Positions 27,283 through 41,327 are shown, numbered from the whole stretch's first letter. The stretch: 62,066 nucleotides of DNA, filler included, from Hausera hauseri (GCA_046269625.1; 11 parts of 11 records of this genome joined end to end with filler, not necessarily neighbours in it); one strand, 5' to 3'. The notes: generated by a model not told the origin, from the letters alone. Numbers and translations: made by a program.

Positions 27283-28977
27283 ACCTAAGCCTGAAAGTCT
27301 GTGTTCACAATTCAATTCAGTTTATTCATATATTTCCAAGTCACAACAGAATCATCTCAGGGCACTGAACAGAAACATTCATATATATAAAAGTAAGTTA
27401 ACACTATTTATGTGAGGAGCCAGCAGACTGATTTGAGTTTTAATATACAGTATTAGCAAAACAACTCATAACTAGCTCTGAAAATATAAACTAAAGGTCA
27501 CCAATCAATGCTTGATTTGGGTCTTCATCTTTAGTAAAACTAAACACATCTCAGCCCTATTTTATTTACCTGGACACAGCTGACAACACTAGAAACATTT
27601 CCTACTGCGAACAGAACTTACATCACGGCAGGACCAGAGCTCCCCATCAGTGTTGACAAACTCGCGCTGCGCTTCTTCTTCTTCTGTTTTAAAGGCGGCG
27701 CGCATGGCTCTTCTTCTTCTCTGTCTGTAACGTCAGCGCTGCAGCGCCGGCGTCATCAGCTGCTACCGTAATAGCGGTTGTTGTGCGCAACTGCATGCGC
27801 GTACCTCAAATCGGGGACATTTTCGGGGACATATTTAGCTGGGGACAGGTTGTCCAAGACAGGGACTGTCCCCGAAAATCGGGGACGTCTGGTCACCCTA
27901 TTAAAAAGGGGAAGAAAAGTGAGAAACGACAAGGACGGACCCTGTGCTTCCTTAACCTACAGTATGTCGAATGGAGAAAAAGGCCGTGTGCGCCCCCTCC
28001 TGGACATACTGGGCATCTACGTATAAATGAATATGTCTGCTGCAGAATGAGCACAAATGTCCACTCTGGAGGTAAAACACTCACCGAGTTTATGCTCACG
28101 CTCCACACACGGCCTCTGTCCCGACGTGGAAACACAGCTTGGGTCACTGTCGTTTGAGCTTTTATAGGGAAGCTTTTTAATCTTTTATACATATCTTATA
28201 TTTTGTCTTAAATAAAGAAACTACAACAACAACAGCTGAAGGCAGAAGAGCGGAAGATGACGTCATGTAGACGTTCGATTTCCCATCATGCATCATGTTG
28301 TTCAACAGCTAAAACGGCTCAAAATGAACAAAAACAAGGAAATAAGCTGTGCAAAACTATTCAGGCTTTCTGTTTTTCTTCCAGGCTGTATTGAATTTGA
28401 AGCCAGAGTTGTTCCACATTGGAACCGTGAGTGTAAACCGTAGTAGTTCAGGGGTACGTATAAGGCGCTCGACTCCAATAGCTTTTCGAGTTGAGATGGC
28501 AGTTCGTAAGCGGGGCGCGAAGTTCTCAGTTGACTGAGCGTTGAAACTTTGACTACCTTTCCCGGGGTGTCCCGTGGGCCATTTGTCCCGCGGGTTCAAC
28601 CCGGGGTGCACCTGCGTTGGTTGCCCATGAGGAGGTAGGAGTGCGTGTCTGTGTACACGCCAGGAATAAAGGTGGGCACCCGTACTCAGATGCATCGGTA
28701 CCAAAGGGACACGGAATGCTGTCTGAACTTATTTTGGACAAAACAATTGTCAATTACTCTGCTGCTTGCCCTTGCTGTTTTCCTTTCATATTTTAACAAC
28801 ACACACACTTTTATATAACCATAAAATTTACAATTATAATTTATAATCACATAAACAGTTACTCTTTTATGATAATACATTTGCACAGCTTCGTTCATAA
28901 ATCAGATTTAACTACTGTATCGACTACTGGTGCTGTTAGCCCAGATTGGCTCAAGTTTTCCCGGCCAAGATTGCTCC

Positions 28978-29049
28978 GCCAAAGTGGAGCAGCGGCAGAG
29001 CAGCCGACTCCAAAGCCGAAGGTTGTGGGATCGATCCCCAGCATTGCCA
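28978..29049 (+). pseudogene. tRNA-Trp(CCA)-like pseudogene or SINE head
   Basis: A-box TGGAGCAGCGG, loop CTCCAAA, B-box-like GGGATCGATCC and a following TTTT. The acceptor and anticodon stems are mispaired. Confidence 0.6.
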
Positions 29050-30899
29050 TTTTATGGGAACATACAGTAATGACAACACACAACATTTAATATTATTATT
29101 ATTTAAAGTGACTAAAATAAGTTAACATTTCATGTAGAAAACGCATTTATATTCATTTACTGATTATTCATTTCCTCTATATTTTAGACATTTCAATAGA
29201 ATATTGTCACACGGACGTCGCCATGGCGCTGGTTTACACTGCAATGCATTCTGAAAAAAACGTTTTTACCATTTCTGCTTTATGATAATCATGAAATTTA
29301 CAGTGATAATTTATAATAATATAATAATAGGTTATCATTGAATACAGCTAAAACAAATTATATGATTTTTAGTAATAAAAAGATAACTTCTGCTGTTCCT
29401 CTNNNNNNNNNNNNNNNNNNNNNNNNNNNNNNNNNNNNNNNNNNNNTTAATTAATTAANNNNNNNNNNNNNNNNNNNNNNNNNNNNNNNNNNNNNNNNNN
29501 NNAAATGATGCCCTCATGCTCAAAGAAGACGCTCTTGCTCTTATCTGTGACCACGCAGTCCGGATACTGTGCACATGCACTGAGGAGCCCGGCAAACATC
29601 CACGTCTACAGCAAAGATGAGGAGGTTTTGGAGTGTTTCCTACACGAGCACAGCTAACACGCAGAACTCCGGGAAAATAAAATGATGATTAACAATAATT
29701 TATTCAATTGCCCCCAAGCTTGGAGAAATAGTTTACCCTGATTACTCGAGAAAGGTGCTTAAAACTGCGGTAATTCGGTGACAGGCAACAAAATTCTGCT
29801 AATGCCCCGCAAGAAGTTGTGTTTTGCTCTGGAAGCTATTTCACAGCTCGGCACGAGGAAGAACAGGTGAGGTTGAATAAAGTTTAAACAGTCACTTTTT
29901 ACATTGGCGGAAATAATTATGCAAGGCACCATGCTGTTTTTACAGTGGATTGAAAATGAAGAATCAATTTTAGGTGTTGCAGGTAGTGCATTAAATCACC
30001 AATTAACCACATAACACCCAACCTCTACCTGACATTTGTATTGTAATCATTGTAGAAACAGGAAATAGGAGCCCATTATTCTGTAATACACAGTCTCTGA
30101 TTGAAAAAAATATATAAATTGTTCGAAATGGGTATGAAGATTCAAATGCGCACTACAAACCTTTTATTATTAAAACAAAATTTTAAAACACCTAAAAGGA
30201 GGTCACAACAAATGTCGTTTAAATAGTTTAAATTAAAATAATTAATTTCAGTAGGACCATCTGAAATGTGCATTTGTACTAATTGAACTTGTGGAAGAAG
30301 AGCCTGGCAACTTTATGGAATTCCTCGGCAGAAAACATTTTTGAATCTTTGTTATAATTCTGAACGGTTATCTGAAGCTGTTTGCATATGAGAAATAATG
30401 GGACTGTATTCTGAGAATGCTCCGAGTAATTTTTTTATCAGCCATTTCTTTACAAAATCTTGCTTGGACGTAAAACCCTGAAAATTCTGATTTGATAGAT
30501 ACAAGTTATCTGATTCTAAACAATGTTCATTATTCGGAGACAACGGTGTATTATGAAATGATATTGAGTGTTGAGTTTTTTGGTAAAATTTAAAGGTTCA
30601 TGACCGTGATGAGTCAAATTTGGATTAGGTGTTACAGGTTCGGTTTTTACAGACGCAATTGGTTTTGGCGGTGGTATCAACGTATCTGTAGTCTGATGTG
30701 GCTGAATCTTGATTGTACTTGTTGGCTAAACATGATTGGTAGTTATCGGAATTTTCTGAAGTGGAACTGGAGGTGGAGGCATCAATGGCATTGTCAATTG
30801 TTTTGACTTTGAGATGTATTACCTGAGATGAAACGTGAATAATTCGATGAATCGGGTATCGACGACATTGTGATGATACTTGGGCCTTGTATAACCCGA

Positions 30900-31455
30900 A
30901 TTCTGATAAGGCTATGAGTTCCCGTTACTCGAGCTTCTAAATTGATCAATGTATACAACGTTGGTAATATTTCCGAAGAACATTCAATCAGTTTGGTACA
31001 GATGATATGATTGATCTCTGATAAACCGTATACAGCTTCTAAGGCAAGGACAACTAAATATAAATTATGCACAATTAAGTTGGAAATCCAGGATGTAAGT
31101 AATGACTTTGGAAGACTGATAGAAAGTGCAATTTATCATCGGACTGTAAGAGCAAACTTTTCTGTTGGGGACATACTTTTCGTGTCATCGTTGTTCGAGT
31201 AAAAATCGCAGATTTTATTTATTTCTGATTTCACAAGATTTGGAACGAGTTTATAAATGGCCTTTTGTAGTACTAAATCTGGTTTCGTACAACTTTTATT
31301 CACTTGGGTTTCTTGAATTAAATACTGATAGAGCGGACAATAACGGTTGCTTTCGATGTACTTACAAATGCAACTTTTACAGAATGTGTGTAAACATTGC
31401 GTAAGCATTGTTGTGTCAATCAAGTAAGCATAATATAATGTAGAGATTTAAATAT
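30900..31455 (-). pseudogene. Polycomb group RING finger (PCGF/BMI1/Psc-like) relic
   Basis: IDTTMLTQCLHTFCKSCICKYIESNRYCP...DLVLQKAIYKLVPNL...DFY matches the BMI1 RING region. The last Cys is lost (CPLY), and the downstream RAWUL-like part is broken by a stop. Confidence 0.85.
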
Positions 31456-33299
31456 TTGGTACAATGGATGTACTTCTAACAGAAAATTGTGGAATTTTCG
31501 ATGCGGAGAATCGGGTTCGACTATGGACCCGACGCGGTGGCAACGGACGCCCGGCCGTGCCCAACCAAATGGGCCAAAGGGCACAGGCCGCCGTGGGCCC
31601 CACAGGGGGTGATGTGGTGCCCACATTCACCCAATCGGTGATTTGCATGTAAAACATTTTTTGTTAAACCTTTTGTTTTAATATTAAATAGATGATGTGG
31701 TATTTTGAAAATTATCGACTTTTCAGTCTAGGACAATATGATTATGTACTTATTTTTGTTAATTGTTAATATTTCTGTGATTAAATGGATTTACAAAAAT
31801 CATTCGAGGAATTAACCGTCGACGGGTTATTATCATTCGGTTCGATAAATTCTGGTCGTACTCCCAAAATTCCCAGGCCAGAAATTCCCAGGTTCTTCAT
31901 TGATAATTTGGAGATACTTAACACACCAACGGTTCTATTGGATTCCGGTTCGTTGGGCATAAAATCTGAGAATAATTTGCCAATATTCTTTGCCGATAAT
32001 GACATAACCTTATCCAACTGTACAGCGTTTTCTACCAGTCATACGAAAAACAATTTACTTCATTTCAATTCGTATAAAATCCAATCCCATCACGTCCGTA
32101 ACGTTTCGTTGAATGAAAGTTTAAATGAGAATTTATTGGTGAAACATTACTTCCGGAATCGTTTAAAGAGTACGACAATAGAAATTGCCAATTTAAATAA
32201 CATTCAATTGTTTCAGGAAAACAAAATGAGAGATTAACAATGGTGTCAGAAGCCCACATCTGAACACAGTCACTGTACAACGGGCAGAAGTCCAACATTT
32301 TTTAATTGTCACGGATCCATTAGGATCAATCGTTTTGCATCAGCCTGTGGAACAAGAAGAGACCAATTCTCTAATAGTCGAAACACATCAAACAGACTTT
32401 TACGTACCATTCCTACGTATCGGGGAAATGCAGAAATTGCTTTATTTTTCTATCGACGATGTACCGGACATGCGTAATGTTACTTCTGTCGATTCGACCA
32501 ATACCAAAAAATCTAAATCGTCACATGACTCAGAAAAAACAAGCAACTCAAACTATTTGTATTATCGCGAATCCCACAAACATTCTCGGGAATCAGATTG
32601 TGATGATAGCAATTCACCGTTCGATCGACCACTTAATAAAATGAAAAAAGTCGACCATTGTTCGAACAACTTCTTAGTGCATTTGCTCACGGCAACAAAT
32701 GGCGATGGATCTATGAAGCCTAAATGTAAGGTATGTTTTTCATCAAATTGCGACCATAAAACTAATTCGAAAAGTTCGCTAGATTCGGACAATGCTTTGA
32801 ATTATCATAATAACAACATGATATCTTTTAGTTTCATAATCATAGCATAAATCCAAGGCAATATTTCTATTTTATTTTAAACTTTCAAAATCAATTATTT
32901 CAATCTTTAATCAACATGTACATCTGTAAGAGTGATAAAAAAAACAATGGTAATGTCAATACAGCAACAAAAGTGATCAAACAAGACCGATTTACCAAAA
33001 TCAGGAGTTATGAAAATAAGGACAAAATTAGAACAACAATTAACGAAAACGCATGGCAAAATTAAAAATCTTTCATTATAAAAATTTCCATATAATAACG
33101 CATTAACAATAATCGTAACAATCACTCAATTGTTAATCACTGATTTTTCATTTTCTTTCAAATTGCAAAGACTGATCGTTTGCGACAGATTTTGACATGC
33201 TATATTCTATATTGGCTATATTTAAAACCTGCCTCCAAACAACTGGTGTCTGAGAACACCAATGTATTTTAGACAATATCCGGCATTGAGGATTTCGGT

Positions 33300-36200
33300 G
33301 TATATTTGACACTTAGAGAATGTGATTGACTTTGGGACTGCTGTGGATGAGAAGGTGAGGTAGAGACTTGGTATCTAATTTAAATCGACACGTCAGGTGG
33401 AGAAGCGAAATGAGTATTCGATCTGTTTGTAGTTGATCTGATCCATGGGTGTTGATAGGACACAATCTGTGCCCTCGACCGCGGCACCACATCACGCCCC
33501 TCGTGGCAGAAGAGAAACTATGTAAAGGTAAAAAGGAATGATAACGATAATAAAGATGAAAACAGTGAATTGCAACAAAGGAACAATGTTTACCGTTTAT
33601 TCGGTTTTAGTATGGGTTAAGCGTTGTGTATCATCACAGAACATTTATTTGCTGTAGGTGGTAAATGTCGCTCTGCGTACTTTACTTGACGGATTTGTGC
33701 TGGGCTGTTGAGTGATATTTTGTGATGGAGATAATAGAGATGAATCAAGCCAAAGGCGATTCAATTGGAAGTGATGAAACAATCGATGTAGGTAAAGGAG
33801 GTGAAGAAAGTAGTGAGCATGATGGCGGAGCGGGAGGTGAGATGGATGGAGGACATGACAATGCTTGAGTGTGACAGAACAGCGATTGCTGCAACGGCGC
33901 AATGTCATTTAGAAAATCGGTAGGAGTACGAGTTGAGTTGGAGTTGGAGATAGAACTGGTATCCAGATTGCCATCAGTGAAGAAAGCGGGCTTCAGATTC
34001 GAAATGTGGACGTTGTAAGGTTTATCTTGGCGTAAGATGGTTGCTGTATGACATGAAAGATTCACCAGTTTGTATGGTCTAACGTATTGAGGTCTGAAAC
34101 CAGAAAGCGATTGATCCTTCAGCCACACAAACTTGACGGAGTATAAATCCTTCGGAATATAGGATTTGTTGTTGTTAAAGAGACGACAGAATGAATCTGA
34201 GCTGACCTCGACGAAGTGCGATTGTGCTGCACGGATGTTTTCGTCTGTGCGGTTGTCGCCTAGATCAGAAAGTTGGAGTCCCAATGAATGCTTCGGCTGG
34301 AGCACAACCGGTAGTGGTAGATGATGTGTTGCGCCAACTTAATAGAACAAATGGTAGAATGGACATCCAATTACGATGAGCGTCAGCCAAGATTTCGAAA
34401 GAAACTTTCATTGTTCGATAAAACCTTTTAAGGAGGCCATTTGCTTGAGGATGGTATGGAGTTGTATGGAAATGGGATATTCCCAAGTGTTTTACAAGCG
34501 ATTTGAAGAGTTCTGATTCAAATTGTGGACGTTGATCCGTTATTATATAACGTGGGAAACTAAAACGACTGATCCAGATTTTTGTAAAGGCGTCAGCTAC
34601 TGAATCAGTGTTCGTTGAATGAAGGAGAACGGCTTCAGGCCAGCGAGAAGCACGATCCAGCATAGTAAGGATATATTGATATCCGTTATCAGAAGGTAAA
34701 GGGCCAACGAGATCAAGATGAACTGTATGAAAGCGTGATGTACAGGGGAAATGGTAAAGCAACGGTTTAAGGTGTTTGTTGATTTTGTATTTTTGACAGG
34801 CTACGCATTCTTTAATCCAGCCCTGTACATCTTTGCGCATTGATGGCCAAACTACATGACGTTGAAGCAGGCGAAAGGTTGCTTTCGAACCTGGATGATG
34901 GAGTGAATGCGTATGAACGAAAGCTGGCTTTTGTAAAGGTGGTGCTAGAATGATCTTTCTGTTACCAGTATTCGACGTATTAAAAGCAATGCCATCAATA
35001 ATCTCGAAGGATTTGAAGGAACTAAGGAAGTCAGCAGACTTCGAGAAAATCGGCTCAACTGTAATGGATCCAACCGACCTCGATAGAAAATCTGCTACCA
35101 AATTATCTGTGCCTGAGATGTATTCCAAAACAAAACTGAACACAGACAGGTATGATATATGTCGCTCTTACCTCGGCGATGGTTGTTTTAACGGCATGAT
35201 GTGTAGGAGCGGCTTTTGGTCAGTTTGAATAACAAATGGACGAGAAGGAAGTAGGTGTTTAAAATGTTTTACTGCCAGAACTATGGCGAGTAATTCACGG
35301 TCAAATGTTGAATAGCGGCTTTCGGGTTGTGTAAGCTTCCTAGAGTAAAATTCTAGTGGTTCATCAACCCCGTTGAAAATCTGGTGTTGTACTGCACAGG
35401 TAGCTGTATTTGAGGCATCAGTCGTAAGTATAAGATTTGCCTTGGGCTTCGGATAGGCTAGTATTTCTACGGTTTTTAGGCCTTCGCGTAAGTTATCAAA
35501 TTTGGCGATTAAGTCATGAGTCCAGTGGATTAGTTGCCTCTTTTTCCCTGAAGATAGATGTGCGAAAGGTGCCGTGAGCTCAGAACAATGAGGCACGTAT
35601 TTTTGGATGAAGTGGAGTGTGCCTAAGAAACTCCTCATATCCGTCGTGGTCGTTGGTAGCGTTATGATTTTTAATTGTTGTAGTCGATCTGGTTGTGGAC
35701 AGTGGCCGTTAGAAGTGATCACGTGGCCTAGGAAATTAGCACGTTTTTGAAAAAAATGACATTTGGAAACATTGACTTGCAAACTACTGTGATGTAATCT
35801 GTGAAAGATAATACGGAGATGTTCTTGATGTTGTTTAACAGATGTGGAGGCGACTAATATGTCATCAATATATAAATGAGCAAAGCCAGGCCTGAAAGGA
35901 CGGTATCAATGTGCCGTTGAAAAGTTTGGAAAGCACTACGTAAACCAAATGGCATGAAAATATATTCGTAGAGGCCAAATGGAGTAATAACAGCAGTTTT
36001 TGGAATATCATCAGGTGCAACCGGAATTTGATGATAGGCTTTATGCACGTCAATTGTGGAGTACGTGTTAGTGTTGGTAAGACTGTGCAGGATGTCCTTT
36101 ATGAGAGGTAAAGGGTAAGCATCCAGGGCTGGTAGATTGTTTAACTGCCGATAGTCACCACATTGTCTATAAGTGCCATCTTTCTTTGTCACTACAGGCA

Positions 36201-37725
36201 CAGGTGAAGCCCATGGGGATTTGGATCTTCGAATAATGCCAGCCTTTTCGAATTTATTGAACTGATTAAACAGCTTTTTGCCTACAAGGTGACAATGATC
36301 TGACTTTTTGTCTGATAAGTCTTTGGTGTTCGGTGACTACGCGGTGATAAGTTGTAGAATGCGGCTTGAAATTGACGTCCTTCTTAAGAGTGCGGAAACA
36401 AGAAGTTTTGATGTATGATTTAAGATCAGATTCTAACGATAAGAATGATGAGGGCATATTATTGAAAGAGTCAGTGGCTGTAATTCATGTAGAATGACTG
36501 AACACTTTTATTAATGACATTCGGTTCAACCGATTGTTTCAAAATTGATTTGTTCCCACTTGACGAAATTGAACATATTGATGAAATGTTAAGGTTGTTG
36601 TTGTCAACCAATGAACAGGATGTCAAATTGACATTTGAATGAACCGAGGAAGACAAAGTGTCCGACTGGTCATTTGGTGAGCATTTGCTAGAATATGCAA
36701 GGAAATTTCTGCGCAGGAGGCATTTATGCTTGCATTCGACTAAAAATCGTATGCAGCCAAGAAATCGGAGCCTATTATGGGCGATTTGATGTTGGCTATA
36801 TGAAATTTCCAGGGAAATTTCCCCGGTAGGTTGAAGAATGTGAAAGTCAGTTTTATGGTTCCTACAATGTTCAAAGGTTGACCACAGGCAGTGAAGAGTG
36901 GAGGAGAGAAAACAGTGTTGGATGTAGGAGTGAAAGACAAAGGAAGAAGTGAAAAGGCAGCTCCTGAATCAATAAGGAAGTCTATGTGTGATGTCTCTTC
37001 AAATAACAAATCAGCTTTCAACAGAAAGACTGCAGAGGAGGTGTTGAAACGGCCAGAAGTTTGAGCTATATTGCTTGTACCAGAATGTGCCGTGGCATCT
37101 GGTGGCATTATTAGATTTTGAGGATTGTTGGGAAAAAGAAGAGGAATTATGAGTGCGAGGAGGCGAAGAAGATGGAAAGAAACTGGAATTCTTTTTATAA
37201 TATTTACATCCTGGCACGCACGACCTAGCCTAAGACTGATACTTTGTGTGATAGATGCAGATTGGATTGTCTACTGCACATTGTTCATCGTAGAATCGAC
37301 AGCCTAAAACACATTTCCTTGCCTTTGTGCGGCATTTGTAGTGATAAAAACACGTCATTTTACCATCTCTAGATTTGGAACGAGACGAGTGCCTGGAAAA
37401 ACCGCGATTGCGTGAAATACGATTTTCGCTTCCTCGAGGCACGGAGAAGTCACTGAGTTGGGCTGTGATCGCAGAAATTGCTTGTTGGAGTGTGTCGAAC
37501 TGCTTTTGCATCATATGCAGTTGTTGTGCAAATAACGTGTTGTCTGGCGGTGTGTGAGCGGTTGCTGCAGCTACTAGCTGTAAATTATTGGATTGCAGAA
37601 TATCAAAACTTTTGTCTGCCAACAAGGCGAGTTTTTCAGGGGCAGTAGAGTCGTCTACTACAGTGAACAACGCTCGGATGGAGGTTAACAAAGACGAAAG
37701 AAAATACCGACGAAGAAGATGGGCC
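33300..37725 (-). mobile_element. Ty3/Gypsy LTR retrotransposon (CsRn1-like), decayed: gag-PR-RT-RH-IN; possible PPT/3' LTR start near 33491
   Basis: CHCC knuckles, FLIDSGA protease, CGDYRQLN and MPFGL RT, TDAS..YSTFDRELLA RNase H, HLDLVGPLP and HPQANG integrase. Confidence 0.93.
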
Positions 37726-37754
37726 TAGATACCGGTCACAATCACCTGCGAGGT

Positions 37755-40700
37755 CGTCTATCTGCTATTATCACAGCAAATTTAATAAAAGTACCGAAAA
37801 ATGCTGCCTAGTGTACAGATTTTACAATAAAAGTTTTTTTCGGACACAGTTGTTTGCATTTACCACTCAAATTTTAAACATCAAGCCCGTAAATGCATTC
37901 CGAGCTGCACTTTCAAAACAGATTCGAACGACGGGTGTGCTACCTTTTCTTTTAATAGTCGTCCTAATTCACCTTTCCACAAAACCTAAGTTTGCCGCAA
38001 GAAGACATGGCAAACTCTGCTAAAGGCACTACTTTACCTTCTGAATGCCGACACGCCTCTTTGGGGACTTTACTCTAAAGACCACAATCACTGCCCGTAC
38101 AACGCAATCCGTTGATTTCCTCATTGATACAGGTGTACCGATCTCTTTATTGCCACAAACTTTTCCTATCCAAAATTCGTCATTTAAAATCAAATCTTTA
38201 TACACCGCTTCGGGTCAACCGCTGAACATTTCTGGCATGGTTAAACTATCTTTTACTATACCAAAATTTCCTTCATCTTTCTACTAAACATTCACAGTTG
38301 ATAATGTCCAGACGGCAATTCTAGGTTCTGATTTTTTATCCCATTATAATTTATTAGTTGACTGCAGTCAACGATGTCTGAGGAGTGGCACCATTGGCAG
38401 CGTTAGCAAGCACATAAACAGCGTTTAGATTACCGCGCAGTCGATTGAGACGCGGAGATCAATTTTAAGGAAATCAAAAACTAATTCGAATTTTCGTAAC
38501 AATTACATTTCATTTCGTAAATTTTTAAATCATAACGTTGATATTCAGTTGAGGTTTGATGTCGATAATTGTGGTGCTGTTTCTAGCGTTAATTCACTCT
38601 ACGAAATCACTTCATCCAATACCACTTTTCAATTCCACCATTTTGCACCAAATACCAATTGACTTTACATCAGCACACAATTCACAAATTGAATCTGCTA
38701 CTACTCAAGTTGTTTCACCATCATCACCGAATCTCTCACAGTTGCCTAGAACTTTGCAGCAATACGTCAACACATCATATCCACGCGTACTTAAAAGATC
38801 ATACGTTTACTTCCGCTAACAGTACTTTACACCCCATAGTTACACAGCATCAACAACCAATACACCAAAAGTACGACCACTATCACCTCGTCGTAGTCAG
38901 GCCGTAGAAGCCAAATTTCTTGAACCAGAACGCTCCGGCATTGTACGCCATTCAAAATCTCTATGGTCGTCACCTTTACATGTCGTACAAAAGGACGGAA
39001 CTTTTAGACCATGTAGCGATTACCGACAGTTGAATAACTTGACCATTATGGATGCGTGCCCTCTGCCACTCATAAAAATATCTGGCATTACCTTAATTTA
39101 ACCGCAATTTATTCGACCATCGATTTGGCCAAAGCATATCACCAAATGCCGGTGGCACCCGATTACATAAAAAAGACTGCTGTCACTACTCCTTTTTGTC
39201 GCTACGAGTATCTGTTTATGCCATTCGGTTTGCGAAATGCCGCACAAAACTTTCAAAGTTACATTGATACAATTCTCTCAAATATCCCGTTTGCGTACCC
39301 TTACATTGATGATATTCTGGTTGTTTCGTCTTCAGCCAAACGGCACGAGGAACACCGCCGTGCAATATTGCAACGTCTTAACCACTATAACCTACAAGTC
39401 AATTTTGACAAATGCCATTTCTTCAAAAAGCGCATCAACTTTTTGAGCCATGTTATTTCACCAGACGGCCACTCTCCCAAACCAGACCGAGTTGAAGCCC
39501 TTAAGAATATCCAGTTACCACGTACGACCACTGAAATGTGCAGCTTCCTTGGTACACTACACTTTGTACATAAATATGTACTATATTGTTCTAAACTGAC
39601 GGCATCTATTGCACACTAAAGCCGAGGCAAAAACATCAGCCAATTCAGTGGACACCTGAGTTGGTTGACAAATTTAATAAGCGACGAGAAGGAATTAAGA
39701 CCGTCGATATTCTCGCTTTCCCCAAGCCTGATGCAGACCTCATCCTTACTACAGACGCGTCAACCACTGCTGTAAGCACCGTACTCCACCAGATCTACAA
39801 GGAAGAAAATGAACCACTAGAATTTTTCTCTCGCAAGCTAACATCCCCTGAAACCAGATATTCAACGTTCGATCGAGAACTATTAGCCATCGTTCTCGCT
39901 TTAAAGTATCGCTGCCACCTACTTGTCGCTTGCCATTTTACCATACCGACCTATCCCAAGCTTTCAACTAACATCATGGCTATAAAACAGCATATAATAG
40001 TGTACATTCGCTACACCATCCTGGTGCTGAAGCCACTTTTTCTGCGGAGCACAAATACCGACACCTTAGCTGACGCTTTTATTCGTACATGGATTAGCAG
40101 GTTTGGATCACCTCGCTTCATCATCACGGAGTAAGGTGCACAGTTTGAATACAACCTGTTCAAATCCGTCGTTAACCGATTTGGGATCTATCACATACCT
40201 ACTACGCCTTATTATCCCCAAACGAATGGCCTTCTAGAACGTTTCCACCCAACATTGAAAACGTCACTAAGAATCCTTGCAGAGTCCAACACTAGCTGGA
40301 CGACCCTTCTTCCGTTTATTTTGCTTGGCTGCCGGAATATTCCGTCTACTTCTACGGGATATTCACCTGCTGAAGCCTTATTCGGAGCTCCTGTATGATC
40401 ATTATTCGAACTAACTGCCCCGGACGACACTCCTACAGATGAAACGATACGGGCAGCGCAAAATCAGAAATTCATTCTGCAGGTTATTACACAAAGACAA
40501 AACATATTTACCCGAAGACTTGTGTTCGGCAAAATTCGTATGACTAAAAATCAAACGCCGTGCGATTTTCAGCCGCGGTATCTGGGGCCCTATAAACCGG
40601 TGGAGCGACATTCGCATAACGCTATTATTTCTAAAGACGGCAAGGAAAGCCCTCCTTTTTCGTCAACGATACGTCACCAATCGACACATTGACTCCTTTT
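37755..40700 (+). mobile_element. Second related Gypsy copy, decayed, with a deletion between RH and IN
   Basis: FLIDTG protease, YIDD RT, TDAS/FDRELLA RNase H, WISRFGSP and PQTNG integrase. Confidence 0.92.
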
Positions 40701-40719
40701 CTCACTCTTGCACCGGCAA

Positions 40720-41327
40720 TTTTAAAGGATTGTAAAACGAGTCTAGGAGAACCTATGTTTGATGTAGCGAAACTGATTTGGTAAGTCTATCAAACGGAGG
40801 TATAAACACTCCACCCATAAAGGAACAAACTTAGTAAAAGAAATAAAGAATGATAAATTTCAAGACACTGCAGCCAAATGTATTTACCGTGCAAAAGAAG
40901 TCGAAGCATTTAGACAATTTCTTGTTTTTCCACGTAAGCATACGCATGAATTAAACCGAGCTATGCATACGATATTAAAAGATACGCGTTATGAAGGGGA
41001 ATGAGAATCACTACTTGGCGTTAACCATTACCAAAGAGTAATAACAGAAATCTTGTCTAAAATTTGGGAAGATTTTTAATCTTCGGACAAGCCTCATCTG
41101 CATTTTTAGCAATTTATTTCTTAATTCAACTAGTTAAGGCAATAATTCAAGCGATCATAAATGGATACGAGATATTCACCCTAATAGGATTCTCGAGTAA
41201 GATTTTAACGGCTATTATAACACCATTCAGTAAATTCCTAAAAGCTTACGAGAAAAGTAGACGGAAAGCGGTTGTAGAACGACATGTTAGTTACCATAAT
41301 CGAAAAAGTAAAAGGATACATATTTAA
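40720..41327 (+). pseudogene. Chuvirus-like (class III) envelope glycoprotein C-terminal fragment
   Basis: AAKCIYRAKEVEAFRQFLVFP...ELN, then after a frameshift WGRFLIFGQASSAFLAIYFLIQLVKAIIQAIINGYEIF..IGFS, resembling the membrane-proximal/TM region of chuvirus-derived glycoproteins. Confidence 0.65.

Larger units (their letters stand above)
26109..27900. mobile_element. Non-autonomous hAT (Blackjack-type) element
   Basis: TIRs TAAGGTGACCAGA / TCTGGTCACCCTA, near-identical 8-bp TSD TTCAAAAG/TTAAAAAG, and multiple subterminal GGGAC motifs. Confidence 0.85.

Noticed and set aside
31500-31650. GC-rich hairpin-forming island as a candidate ncRNA
   Set aside because: It contains GGGGGTGA-TGTGGTGC, similar to the putative PPT/LTR start of the Gypsy at ~33491, so a retroelement scrap is more likely. 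No RNA family was recognised.
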